A stretch of 64,000 bases of DNA from positions 51,765 through 115,764 of the forward strand of contig CAWBTR010000009.1 in the NCBI GenBank assembly GCA_963791735.1. Direction: 5' to 3'. The notes beneath the pieces are model-generated. The model had not been told where the DNA came from. It searched no databases and worked only from the letters and a program-made list of their open reading frames with translations. A program made the position numbers and the translations under genes. The stretch comes from an uncultured Acidobacteriaceae bacterium (lineage in GTDB: Bacteria > Acidobacteriota > Terriglobia > Terriglobales > Acidobacteriaceae). Position 1 is the stretch's first letter, and each line of letters opens with the position of its first letter. Below, piece by piece: positions 48,371 to 56,413 of the stretch.

Positions 48371-51300
48371 CCTTGGCCACGCTGAAGGTTGCGGTCTTGG
48401 TGGCAGCGGCGTAGTTGCTGTCAGCGGCTTCGGACGCCTGCAGCACCACCGTGCCGGTGCCGGTCAGGGTGACGGTTGCGCCCGAGATGGCCGCCGGACC
48501 CGAGACCACCGAGTAGGTGAAGGCCCCGGTCGAGTTCGAGGTCGCGGCCACGGTGAACGGAGCCGCACCATAGGTCTGGTTGGCCACGTTGAAGACGATC
48601 GTCGGAGTGCCGGCGCCGATGGTCAGGGTGCCGTTGACGAAGGTGAAGCTGTAGTTGGCTGCAGCCAGGGTGCCTGCCGCCGCGGTGATCGGATAAGTCC
48701 CGGCGTTGACCGGAGTCGCAGGCGAGGTGGTCAGGCTGGCGGTGCCGGTCACCACACTCGCGGTATCGCCGTTGACGAAGCCGGTGATGGTCGCGGTGTA
48801 GGGAGCGACGGTGCCGCCGAAGGCGATGGTCTGGTTCGCCGCCGTGACCGTCAGCACCGCCTTGGCCACGCTGAAGGTGGCGGTCTTGGTGGCAGCGGCG
48901 TAGTTGCTGTCAGCGGCTTCGGACGCCTGCAGCACCACCGTGCCGGTGCCGGTCAGGGTGACGGTTGCGCCCGAGATGGCCGCCGGACCCGAGACCACCG
49001 AGTAGGTGAAGGCCCCGGTCGAGTTCGAGGTCGCGGCCACGGTGAACGGAGCCGCACCATAGGTCTGGTTGGCCACGTTGAAGACGATCGTCGGAGTGCC
49101 GGCGCCGATGGTCAGGGTGCCGTTGACGAAGGTGAAGGTGTAGTTGGCTGCAGCCAGGGTGCCTGCCGCCGCGGTGATCGGATAGGTCCCGGCGTTGACC
49201 GGAGTCGCAGGCGAGGTGGTCAGGCTGGCGGTGCCGGTCACCACGCTCGCGGTATCGCCGTTGACGAAGCCGGTGATGGTCGCGGTGTAGGGAGCGACGG
49301 TGCCGCCGAAGGCGATGGTCTGGTTCGCTGCCGTGACCGTGAGCACTGCCTTGGCTACGGTGAAGGTGGCGGTCTTGGTGGCAGCGGCGTAGTTGCTGTC
49401 AGCGGCTTCGGACGCCTGCAGCACCACCGTGCCGGTGCCGGTCAGGGTGACGGTTGCGCCCGAGATGGCCGCCGGACCCGAGACCACCGAGTAGGTGAAG
49501 GCGCCGGTCGAGTTCGAGGTCGCGGCCACGGTGAACGGAGCCGCGCCGTAGGTCTGGTTGGCCACGTTGAAGACGATCGTCGGAGTGCCGGCGCCGATGG
49601 TCAGGGTGCCGTTGACGAAGGTGAAGGTGTAGTTGGCTGCAGCCAGGGTGCCTGCCGCCGCGGTGATCGGATAGGTCCCGGCGTTGACCGGAGTCGCAGG
49701 CGAGGTGGTCAGGCTGGCGGTGCCGGTCACCACGCTCGCGGTGTCGCCGTTGACGAAGCCGGTGATGGTCGCGGTGTAGGGAGCGACGGTGCCGCCGAAG
49801 GCGATGGTCTGGTTCGCCGCCGTGACCGTCAGCACCGCCTTGGCCACGCTGAAGGTGGCGGTCTTGGTGGCAGCGGCGTAGTTGCTGTCAGCGGCTTCGG
49901 ACGCCTGCAGCACCACCGTGCCGGTGCCGGTCAGGGTGACGGTTGCGCCCGAGATGGCCGCCGGACCCGAGACCACCGAGTAGGTGAAGGCCCCGGTCGA
50001 GTTCGAGGTCGCGGCCACGGTGAACGGAGCCGCACCATAGGTCTGGTTGGCCACGTTGAAGACGATCGTCGGAGTGCCGGCGCCGATGGTCAGGGTGCCG
50101 TTGACGAAGGTGAAGGTGTAGTTGGCTGCAGCCAGGGTGCCTGCCGCCGCGGTGATCGGATAAGTCCCGGCGTTGACCGGAGTCGCAGGCGAGGTGGTCA
50201 GGCTGGCGGTGCCGGTCACCACGCTCGCGGTGTCGCCGTTGACGAAGCCGGTGATGGTCGCGGTGTAGGGAGCGACGGTGCCGCCGAAGGCGATGGTCTG
50301 GTTCGCTGCCGTGACCGTCAGCACCGCCTTGGCCACGCTGAAGGTGGCGGTCTTGGTGGCAGCGGCGTAGTTGCTGTCAGCGGCTTCGGACGCCTGCAGC
50401 ACCACCGTGCCGGTGCCGGTCAGGGTGACGGTTGCGCCCGAGATGGCCGCCGGACCCGAGACCACCGAGTAGGTGAAGGCCCCGGTCGAGTTCGAGGTCG
50501 CGGCCACGGTGAACGGAGCCGCGCCATAGGTCTGGTTGGCCACGTTGAAGACGATCGTCGGAGTGCCGGCGCCGATGGTCAGGGTGCCGTTGACGAAGGT
50601 GAAGGTGTAGTTGGCTGCAGCCAGGGTGCCTGCCGCCGCGGTGATCGGATAGGTCCCGGCGTTGACCGGAGTCGCAGGCGAGGTGGTCAGGCTGGCGGTG
50701 CCGGTCACCACGCTCGCGGTGTCGCCGTTGACGAAGCCGGTGATGGTCGCGGTGTAGGGAGCGACGGTGCCGCCGAAGGCGATGGTCTGGTTCGCCGCCG
50801 TGACCGTCAGCACCGCCTTGGCCACGCTGAAGGTGGCGGTCTTGGTGGCAGCGGCGTAGTTGCTGTCAGCGGCTTCGGACGCCTGCAGCACCACCGTGCC
50901 GGTGCCGGTCAGGGTGACGGTTGCGCCCGAGATGGCCGCCGGACCCGAGACCACCGAGTAGGTGAAGGCCCCGGTCGAGTTCGAGGTCGCGGCCACGGTG
51001 AACGGAGCCGCGCCATAGGTCTGGTTGGCCACGTTGAAGACGATCGTCGGAGTGCCGGCGCCGATGGTCAGGGTGCCGTTGACGAAGGTGAAGGTGTAGT
51101 TGGCTGCAGCCAGGGTGCCTGCCGCCGCGGTGATCGGATAGGTCCCGGCGTTGACCGGAGTCGCAGGCGAGGTGGTCAGGCTGGCGGTGCCGGTCACCAC
51201 ACTCGCGGTGTCGCCGTTGACGAAGCCGGTGATGGTCGCGGTGTAGGGAGCGACGGTGCCGCCGTAGGCGATGGTCTGGTTCGCCGCCGTAACCGTCAGC

Positions 51301-54300
51301 ACTGCCTTGGCTACGCTGAAGGTGGCGGTCTTGGTGGCAGCGGCGTAGTTGCTGTCAGCGGCTTCGGACGCCTGCAGCACCACCGTGCCGGTGCCGGTCA
51401 GGGTGACGGTTGCGCCCGAGATGGCCGCCGGACCCGAGACCACCGAGTAGGTGAAGGCCCCGGTCGAGTTCGAGGTCGCGGCCACGGTGAACGGAGCCGC
51501 GCCATAGGTCTGGTTGGCCACGTTGAAGACGATCGTCGGAGTGCCGGCGCCGATGGTCAGGGTGCCGTTGACGAAGGTGAAGGTGTAGTTGGCTGCAGCC
51601 AGGGTGCCTGCCGCCGCGGTGATCGGATAGGTCCCGGCGTTGACCGGAGTCGCAGGCGAGGTGGTCAGGCTGGCGGTGCCGGTCACCACACTCGCGGTAT
51701 CGCCGTTGACGAAGCCGGTGATGGTCGCGGTGTAGGGAGCGACGGTGCCGCCGAAGGCGATGGTCTGGTTCGCTGCCGTAACCGTCAGCACCGCCTTGGC
51801 TACCACGATAGACACCGTCTTCGTTACCGGCGCATAGTCGGTCGTATCGGTGGGGGTAAAGGTGACCGATAAAGTCTGAGTGCCCTGAGACAGAACCGCA
51901 CCGAGAGCTGGAGTGTAGACGAGACTGCCGGAGATCGAACCCACGACGGTTGCATTGAGCTGGGTACCAGACAGTGCAGTGCCATAGGTGATTGCGGCCG
52001 GGTTGCTCCAGTTAATGACTGGTGTCACCTGGGTGACGGTTAAGGTGCCGGGATTGGTCACCACGTTGTAATTGGCCAGGTTGGTCCCTGCGGCTACCGG
52101 GTTGATGGGGTAGCTCCCTACCGGTGATGAGGGGGTGGCAGTGGTGGAGAAGCTCTCAGTGAATGTGTCACCGTTCACGGCACCAGTAATGGTTCCGGTG
52201 AAGGTCGGGTTGGCGGTGTTATACGGGCGGCTGAAACTGTTGGCCGATACGGTCAAGGTAGCCTGGGTGATGACCACCGAACCCGCTACAAAAGTGAAGG
52301 TGTAATTGCCGGAGGCCAGCGTGCCTGCAGCGGCAGTAATCGGATAAGTGCCAACATTGACCGGGGTAGCAGGAGTGGTGGTGAGCGAAGGAGCGCCTGT
52401 CGTGGCAGTGGACTGCGTATCGCCATTGACGAAGCCGGCAATGGTGTAGCTGTAGGGTGCGAGCGCCGTGCCGTACACCACCGTCTGGCTGTTGGCGGTA
52501 ACGGTAAGAGAAGCCTTAGTGATGACCACTGAGCCGTCAACAAAGGTAAAGCTGTAGTTCGCGGCCGTCAGTGATCCCGCAGCTGCAGTGACTGGGTAGG
52601 TGCCGGCGTTGACCGGAGTCGCCGGAGACGTCGTCAGCGACGGAGTGCCTGTGGTCGACGTTGCCTGCGTATCTCCGTTGACAAAGCCGGTGATCGTGTA
52701 AGTGTAAGGCGCAAGCGCCGTGCCGTACATCACGGTTTGGCTGCTCGCAGTCACGGTCAAGCTGGCCTTTGTAATTGTGGCCGTGCCGTTGACGAAGGTG
52801 AAACTGTAGTTGCTTGAGGCCAGCGAACCTATTGCCGCGGTGATCGGGTAGACGCCAACATTGACCGGGGTCGCCGGCGATGTCGTCAGCGATGGAGTGC
52901 CGGTTGTTGCAGAGGTCTGCGTGTCACCATGCACGAAACCGGTGATGGTGTAGGCATAGGGAGCCAGCGCAGTGCCATACACCACACTCTGGCTGGTAGC
53001 GGTCACCGTCAGAGTAGCCTGAGTAATGGTGGCCGTGCCGTTGACGAAAGTGAAGGTGTAATTGCTCGAGGCCAGCGAACCTATTGCCGCGGTGATCGGA
53101 TAGGTGCCGACATTGACCGGCGTAGCCGGGGATGTAGTCAGCGATGGAGTGCCGGTCGTCGCAGAGGCCTGCGTATCACCGTGGACAAAGCCGGTCATCG
53201 TGTAGGTATAGGGATCAAGTGAGGTGCCGTATACCACGCTCTGGTTATTTGCCGTCACCGTCAGGGTGGCCTGCGTGATCGTCGCCGTGCCGTTGACAAA
53301 ATTGAAGCTGTAATTGCCGGAGGCCAGCGAGCCGACTGCAGTGGTGATCGTATAGACGCCGGCGTTGACCGGAGTTGCCGGAGACGTGGTCAGCGTTGGA
53401 GCACCCGTCGTTGCAGTGGCCTGGGTATCACCGTGGACAAAACCGGTCATCGTGTAGGTGTAGGGAGCCAGCGCTGTGCCGTACACCACCGTCTGACTGT
53501 TCGATGTCACGGTTAAGACAGCTTTAGTAATTGTGGCTGTGCCGTTAACCACAGTGAAGTTGTAATTGCTGGCAACCAGCGAACCGACTGCAGTGGTGAT
53601 CGTATAGACACCTACGTTGACCGGAGTTGCCGGAGACGTGGTCAGCGTTGGAGCACCCGTCGTTGCCGACGCCTGAGTATCTCCGTTAACAAAGCCGGTG
53701 ATGGTGTAAGTGTAGGGAGCAAGCGCCGTGCCATATACCACGGTCTGGCTGGTCGCTGTAACGGTCAAGGTCGCTTTTGTAATCGTGACCGTACCGTTGA
53801 CAAACGTAAACGTGTAATTACTGGCGGCGAGCGAGCCCACCGCTGCCGTGACAGGATAGCTGCCCACGTTAACCGGGGTTGCCGGGGATGTGGTCAAGGA
53901 TGGAGCGCCGGTTGTTGCGCTGGCCTGGGTATCGCCGTTGACGAAACCGGTAATGGTGTAAGTGTAGGGAGCCAACGCGGTGCCGTACACAACGGTCTGG
54001 CTGTTCGCCGTCACCTTCAACGAAGCCGGGTTAATAACGACCGATCCGTTGACGAAGGAGAAAATGTAGTTGCCACCGGCGGCGAGAGAACTCTGGGCTA
54101 CCACGATGGGATAGGTTCCTACGTTGACCGGTGTTGCTGGCGTGGTAGTCAACGATGGCGTACCAGTAACTACCGAAGCCTGGGTGTCACCGTTCACGAA
54201 TCCGGTGATGGAGTAGGTATACGCAGCCAGCGCGGTCCCATAGGTTACTGTCTGGCTCTTGGCCGTCACCGTCAGCGTGGCCGGGTTCACCACGATCGTG

Positions 54301-56393
54301 ACAGTCTTGACTATTGGAGAGGCGTAGTCTGTGGTGTCGGTGGGAGTAAAGGTAACTTGTAGTGTATGAGAGCCCGCGGAAAGAACCGTGCCGCTCGCAG
54401 GGGAGTACACGTAGGTACCCGCAACGCCGCCCGCCGTTGCGTTGAGCTGAGTGCCGGACAGGGCTGTGCCGTAGGTGATCGCTGCTGGATTATTCCAGGT
54501 GATAGCCGGAGTAGCCTGGGTGATCGTCAAAGTGCCGGTGTTGACGACTACGTTGTAATCGGCGAGGTGAGTGCCGATAGCGGACGGCGTGATGGTATAC
54601 GTACCGACGGGTGAGGTGGTGATTGCCGGAGTGGAGAAGCTTTCAGTGAAAGTGTCACCGCTCACCGCGCCAACGATAGTTCCCGTGAAGGTCGGGTTGG
54701 CGGTGTTATAGACGCGGGTGGCGTTGTTGGCTGTGAGGGTCAGCGTCGCTTTATTGATGGTGATCTGACCGTTGACGTAGACGAAGCTGTAGTTGGTTGA
54801 AGCCAGACTGCCAGCCGCTGCCGTAAGCACATAGGTGCCAACCGCAGACGGAGTCGTTGGAGTCGTTGTCAATGATGGCGTGCCGGTAATGACGCTCGCC
54901 TGGGTGTCTCCATTGACGAAGCCGGTGATGGTGTAGGTATAGGGAGCAAGCGCCGTGCCGTAGACCACGCTCTGGCTGCTCCCTGTCACCGTCAGCGTCG
55001 CCTGGTTCACCACGATAGAAACGGTCTGGCTCGCTGCGGCGTAGTGTGTGGTGTCGGTGGGGGTGAAGGCGACCGAAAGAGTATGAGTTCCTGGGGTAAG
55101 AATTGTTCCGCTGGCAGGGGTATAAACGTAAGTGCCAGGAACCGGGCTTGTCGCAGACGACGATGTACCGAGGGACATCCCCAGAATTACGACATTGAGA
55201 TTATTGGGAAGCGTAATGCTGCTAACCGTTCTAGTGTTATCGAGAGCAATCTGGTAACCGTACAGGTTATAAGTGCCAGTTACCTGAGATCCACTGGATG
55301 TATCATCCTTTGTCGTCGTTACAACGATCGACTCCCCAGCAAAAGCACTTGATGCTGTCCAGTTGCTGAGACTGAGTTGCGTCGTAGTAGGAGCGCCAGT
55401 GGTGTAGTTGACGGTGAATGTCTGGTTCGCCTGTGCACCGTTAACTCCCGCTCCGATGAGAGACAGAGTCGTAAAGTTCCCCGGAGGAAGCGAGATCGTC
55501 GTGCTCGTCACCGCATCAGGAACACTTGGTGGCCCAAGTGCGAAGGTGATCCCGTTCCAGACAACGGACGTTCCCAGTTGATTGGCAGAGTACGAATTGC
55601 CGTTGCCGTCGAATCCTCCAACCTGATAGCTCACGCCGTCAGTAAAGAAGGCGCTAACGCGATAGTAGGCGGAAATCGGCACAGGGATCATGCCCGTTGC
55701 AGTTAGGGCGGTGGCATCAAGCTGCGTGGAGCTTAACGGTGTTCCGTAGTTGATGGGTGCGGGTGTGGGCCAGCTAAGGTACGCTGTCGCCGGATTGACG
55801 ACGAGTTGCACGGTCGCCGATGCGCTCGAGTAGTCGACGGTGTCAGTCGGAGTAAAGGTAGCCGAAAGAGTATCGGTACCAACAGCAGGGACTGTACCAG
55901 CAGCCGGCGTGTAAACGAGCGTCCCTGATACCGGAGGAGTAGTAAGCCCCATGGCCAGCATCACAACATTGCGTGTGTTCGGAAGCGTAATACTCTGTAC
56001 GATCCTCGTACTATCGAGTGCAATTTGATATCCGTAGACGCAGGTGGAGTGCGTGTCCTGTGCCCCGCCGGATTCATCGCGTGAGATGTCGCACTTCACG
56101 TTCGACTCGCCCGCGTAGTTCATCGGGTAGACCCAGTCGCTGAGACTCTGAGTCACCGTCGTCGGGGTTCCGGTGGTGTACGTCACAACGAAGGTATTCG
56201 ATGCGGTCGCGTTGTTGACCAACGCGCCAAGCATATTGAGGGTGGCGAAGTGGCCTTGTGGCAGGTTGATGGTTATATTGCTGACAGCATCGGCCGCGTT
56301 GAACGGCCCCATGGGGTAGGTCACGCCGTTCCAGCTAATCGATGTGCCCAGTTGGTTACCCGAATAGCATGTTCCCCCCGCCGTCGAATCCAC
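48072..56393 (-). CDS. Giant adhesin-like repeat protein, central 2,773-codon segment
   Basis: A single open frame. It contains two ~175-aa unassigned modules, several ITW..YGT repeats, about 11 MBG-type repeats (VVYGTALAPYTYTITGFVNGDTQAS...NYTFTFVNGT.TIT) and seven identical 163-aa MBG+Ig units. Confidence 0.85.
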   Translation of the reverse strand: MDSTAGGTCYSGNQLGTSISWNGVTYPMGPFNAADAVSNITINLPQGHFATLNMLGALVNNATASNTFVVTYTTGTPTTVTQSLSDWVYPMNYAGESNVKCDISRDESGGAQDTHSTCVYGYQIALDSTRIVQSITLPNTRNVVMLAMGLTTPPVSGTLVYTPAAGTVPAVGTDTLSATFTPTDTVDYSSASATVQLVVNPATAYLSWPTPAPINYGTPLSSTQLDATALTATGMIPVPISAYYRVSAFFTDGVSYQVGGFDGNGNSYSANQLGTSVVWNGITFALGPPSVPDAVTSTTISLPPGNFTTLSLIGAGVNGAQANQTFTVNYTTGAPTTTQLSLSNWTASSAFAGESIVVTTTKDDTSSGSQVTGTYNLYGYQIALDNTRTVSSITLPNNLNVVILGMSLGTSSSATSPVPGTYVYTPASGTILTPGTHTLSVAFTPTDTTHYAAASQTVSIVVNQATLTVTGSSQSVVYGTALAPYTYTITGFVNGDTQASVITGTPSLTTTPTTPSAVGTYVLTAAAGSLASTNYSFVYVNGQITINKATLTLTANNATRVYNTANPTFTGTIVGAVSGDTFTESFSTPAITTSPVGTYTITPSAIGTHLADYNVVVNTGTLTITQATPAITWNNPAAITYGTALSGTQLNATAGGVAGTYVYSPASGTVLSAGSHTLQVTFTPTDTTDYASPIVKTVTIVVNPATLTVTAKSQTVTYGTALAAYTYSITGFVNGDTQASVVTGTPSLTTTPATPVNVGTYPIVVAQSSLAAGGNYIFSFVNGSVVINPASLKVTANSQTVVYGTALAPYTYTITGFVNGDTQASATTGAPSLTTSPATPVNVGSYPVTAAVGSLAASNYTFTFVNGTVTITKATLTVTATSQTVVYGTALAPYTYTITGFVNGDTQASATTGAPTLTTSPATPVNVGVYTITTAVGSLVASNYNFTVVNGTATITKAVLTVTSNSQTVVYGTALAPYTYTMTGFVHGDTQATATTGAPTLTTSPATPVNAGVYTITTAVGSLASGNYSFNFVNGTATITQATLTVTANNQSVVYGTSLDPYTYTMTGFVHGDTQASATTGTPSLTTSPATPVNVGTYPITAAIGSLASSNYTFTFVNGTATITQATLTVTATSQSVVYGTALAPYAYTITGFVHGDTQTSATTGTPSLTTSPATPVNVGVYPITAAIGSLASSNYSFTFVNGTATITKASLTVTASSQTVMYGTALAPYTYTITGFVNGDTQATSTTGTPSLTTSPATPVNAGTYPVTAAAGSLTAANYSFTFVDGSVVITKASLTVTANSQTVVYGTALAPYSYTIAGFVNGDTQSTATTGAPSLTTTPATPVNVGTYPITAAAGTLASGNYTFTFVAGSVVITQATLTVSANSFSRPYNTANPTFTGTITGAVNGDTFTESFSTTATPSSPVGSYPINPVAAGTNLANYNVVTNPGTLTVTQVTPVINWSNPAAITYGTALSGTQLNATVVGSISGSLVYTPALGAVLSQGTQTLSVTFTPTDTTDYAPVTKTVSIVVAKAVLTVTAANQTIAFGGTVAPYTATITGFVNGDTASVVTGTASLTTSPATPVNAGTYPITAAAGTLAAANYTFTFVNGTLTIGAGTPTIVFNVANQTYGAAPFTVAATSNSTGAFTYSVVSGPAAISGATVTLTGTGTVVLQASEAADSNYAAATKTATFSVAKAVLTVTAANQTIAYGGTVAPYTATITGFVNGDTASVVTGTASLTTSPATPVNAGTYPITAAAGTLAAANYTFTFVNGTLTIGAGTPTIVFNVANQTYGAAPFTVAATSNSTGAFTYSVVSGPAAISGATVTLTGTGTVVLQASEAADSNYAAATKTATFSVAKAVLTVTAANQTIAFGGTVAPYTATITGFVNGDTASVVTGTASLTTSPATPVNAGTYPITAAAGTLAAANYTFTFVNGTLTIGAGTPTIVFNVANQTYGAAPFTVAATSNSTGAFTYSVVSGPAAISGATVTLTGTGTVVLQASEAADSNYAAATKTATFSVAKAVLTVTAANQTIAFGGTVAPYTATITGFVNGDTASVVTGTASLTTSPATPVNAGTYPITAAAGTLAAANYTFTFVNGTLTIGAGTPTIVFNVANQTYGAAPFTVAATSNSTGAFTYSVVSGPAAISGATVTLTGTGTVVLQASEAADSNYAAATKTATFSVAKAVLTVTAANQTIAFGGTVAPYTATITGFVNGDTASVVTGTASLTTSPATPVNAGTYPITAAAGTLAAANYTFTFVNGTLTIGAGTPTIVFNVANQTYGAAPFTVAATSNSTGAFTYSVVSGPAAISGATVTLTGTGTVVLQASEAADSNYAAATKTATFTVAKAVLTVTAANQTIAFGGTVAPYTATITGFVNGDTASVVTGTASLTTSPATPVNAGTYPITAAAGTLAAANYTFTFVNGTLTIGAGTPTIVFNVANQTYGAAPFTVAATSNSTGAFTYSVVSGPAAISGATVTLTGTGTVVLQASEAADSNYAAATKTATFSVAKAVLTVTAANQTIAFGGTVAPYTATITGFVNGDTASVVTGTASLTTSPATPVNAGTYPITAAAGTLAAANYSFTFVNGTLTIGAGTPTIVFNVANQTYGAAPFTVAATSNSTGAFTYSVVSGPAAISGATVTLTGTGTVVLQASEAADSNYAAATKTATFSVAKATPTITWTNPAGVPYGTLLSATQLNATASVAGTFVYSPAAGTEPSAGTDTLSVTFTPTDTTDYTTVTQTVQLSVTQAHLSSPGITRRASPTEPRSLPLS
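48371..51793 (-). repeat. Seven near-identical 489-bp tandem coding repeats
   Basis: The string ccttggc(c/t)ac recurs at 48371, 48860, 49349, 49838, 50327, 50816, 51305 and 51794, exactly 489 nt apart. Each unit encodes 163 aa. Only three amino-acid differences were seen among the seven copies. Confidence 0.95.
52265..54290 (-). repeat. Eight contiguous diverged 252-bp (84-aa) MBG-type coding repeats
   Basis: The repeated block is ATLTVTA.SQ.VVYGTALAPYTYTITGFV(N/H)GDTQ...TTG.P.LTTSPATPVN.G.YP.TAA.GSLA..NY.FTFVNG..TIT(K/Q). Boundaries are approximate. Confidence 0.8.
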
Positions 56394-56413
56394 CGTTCAG
56401 AACCGGAGACCCG

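Noticed and set aside
48371-51793. A regular tandem repeat array that could superficially suggest a CRISPR array or satellite
   Set aside because: The units are 489 bp with no unique spacers. They are directly abutting and are in frame with a continuous 2,773-codon ORF, so these are protein-coding domain repeats.
48138-51872. 1,244-aa + strand ORF made of GRG/RRG-rich repeats
   Set aside because: It is antisense to the seven identical 489-bp coding units. It stays open only because the high-GC repeat lacks stops in that frame, its composition is Gly/Arg/Asp low-complexity, and it has no start context. The minus-strand reading has clear domain structure.
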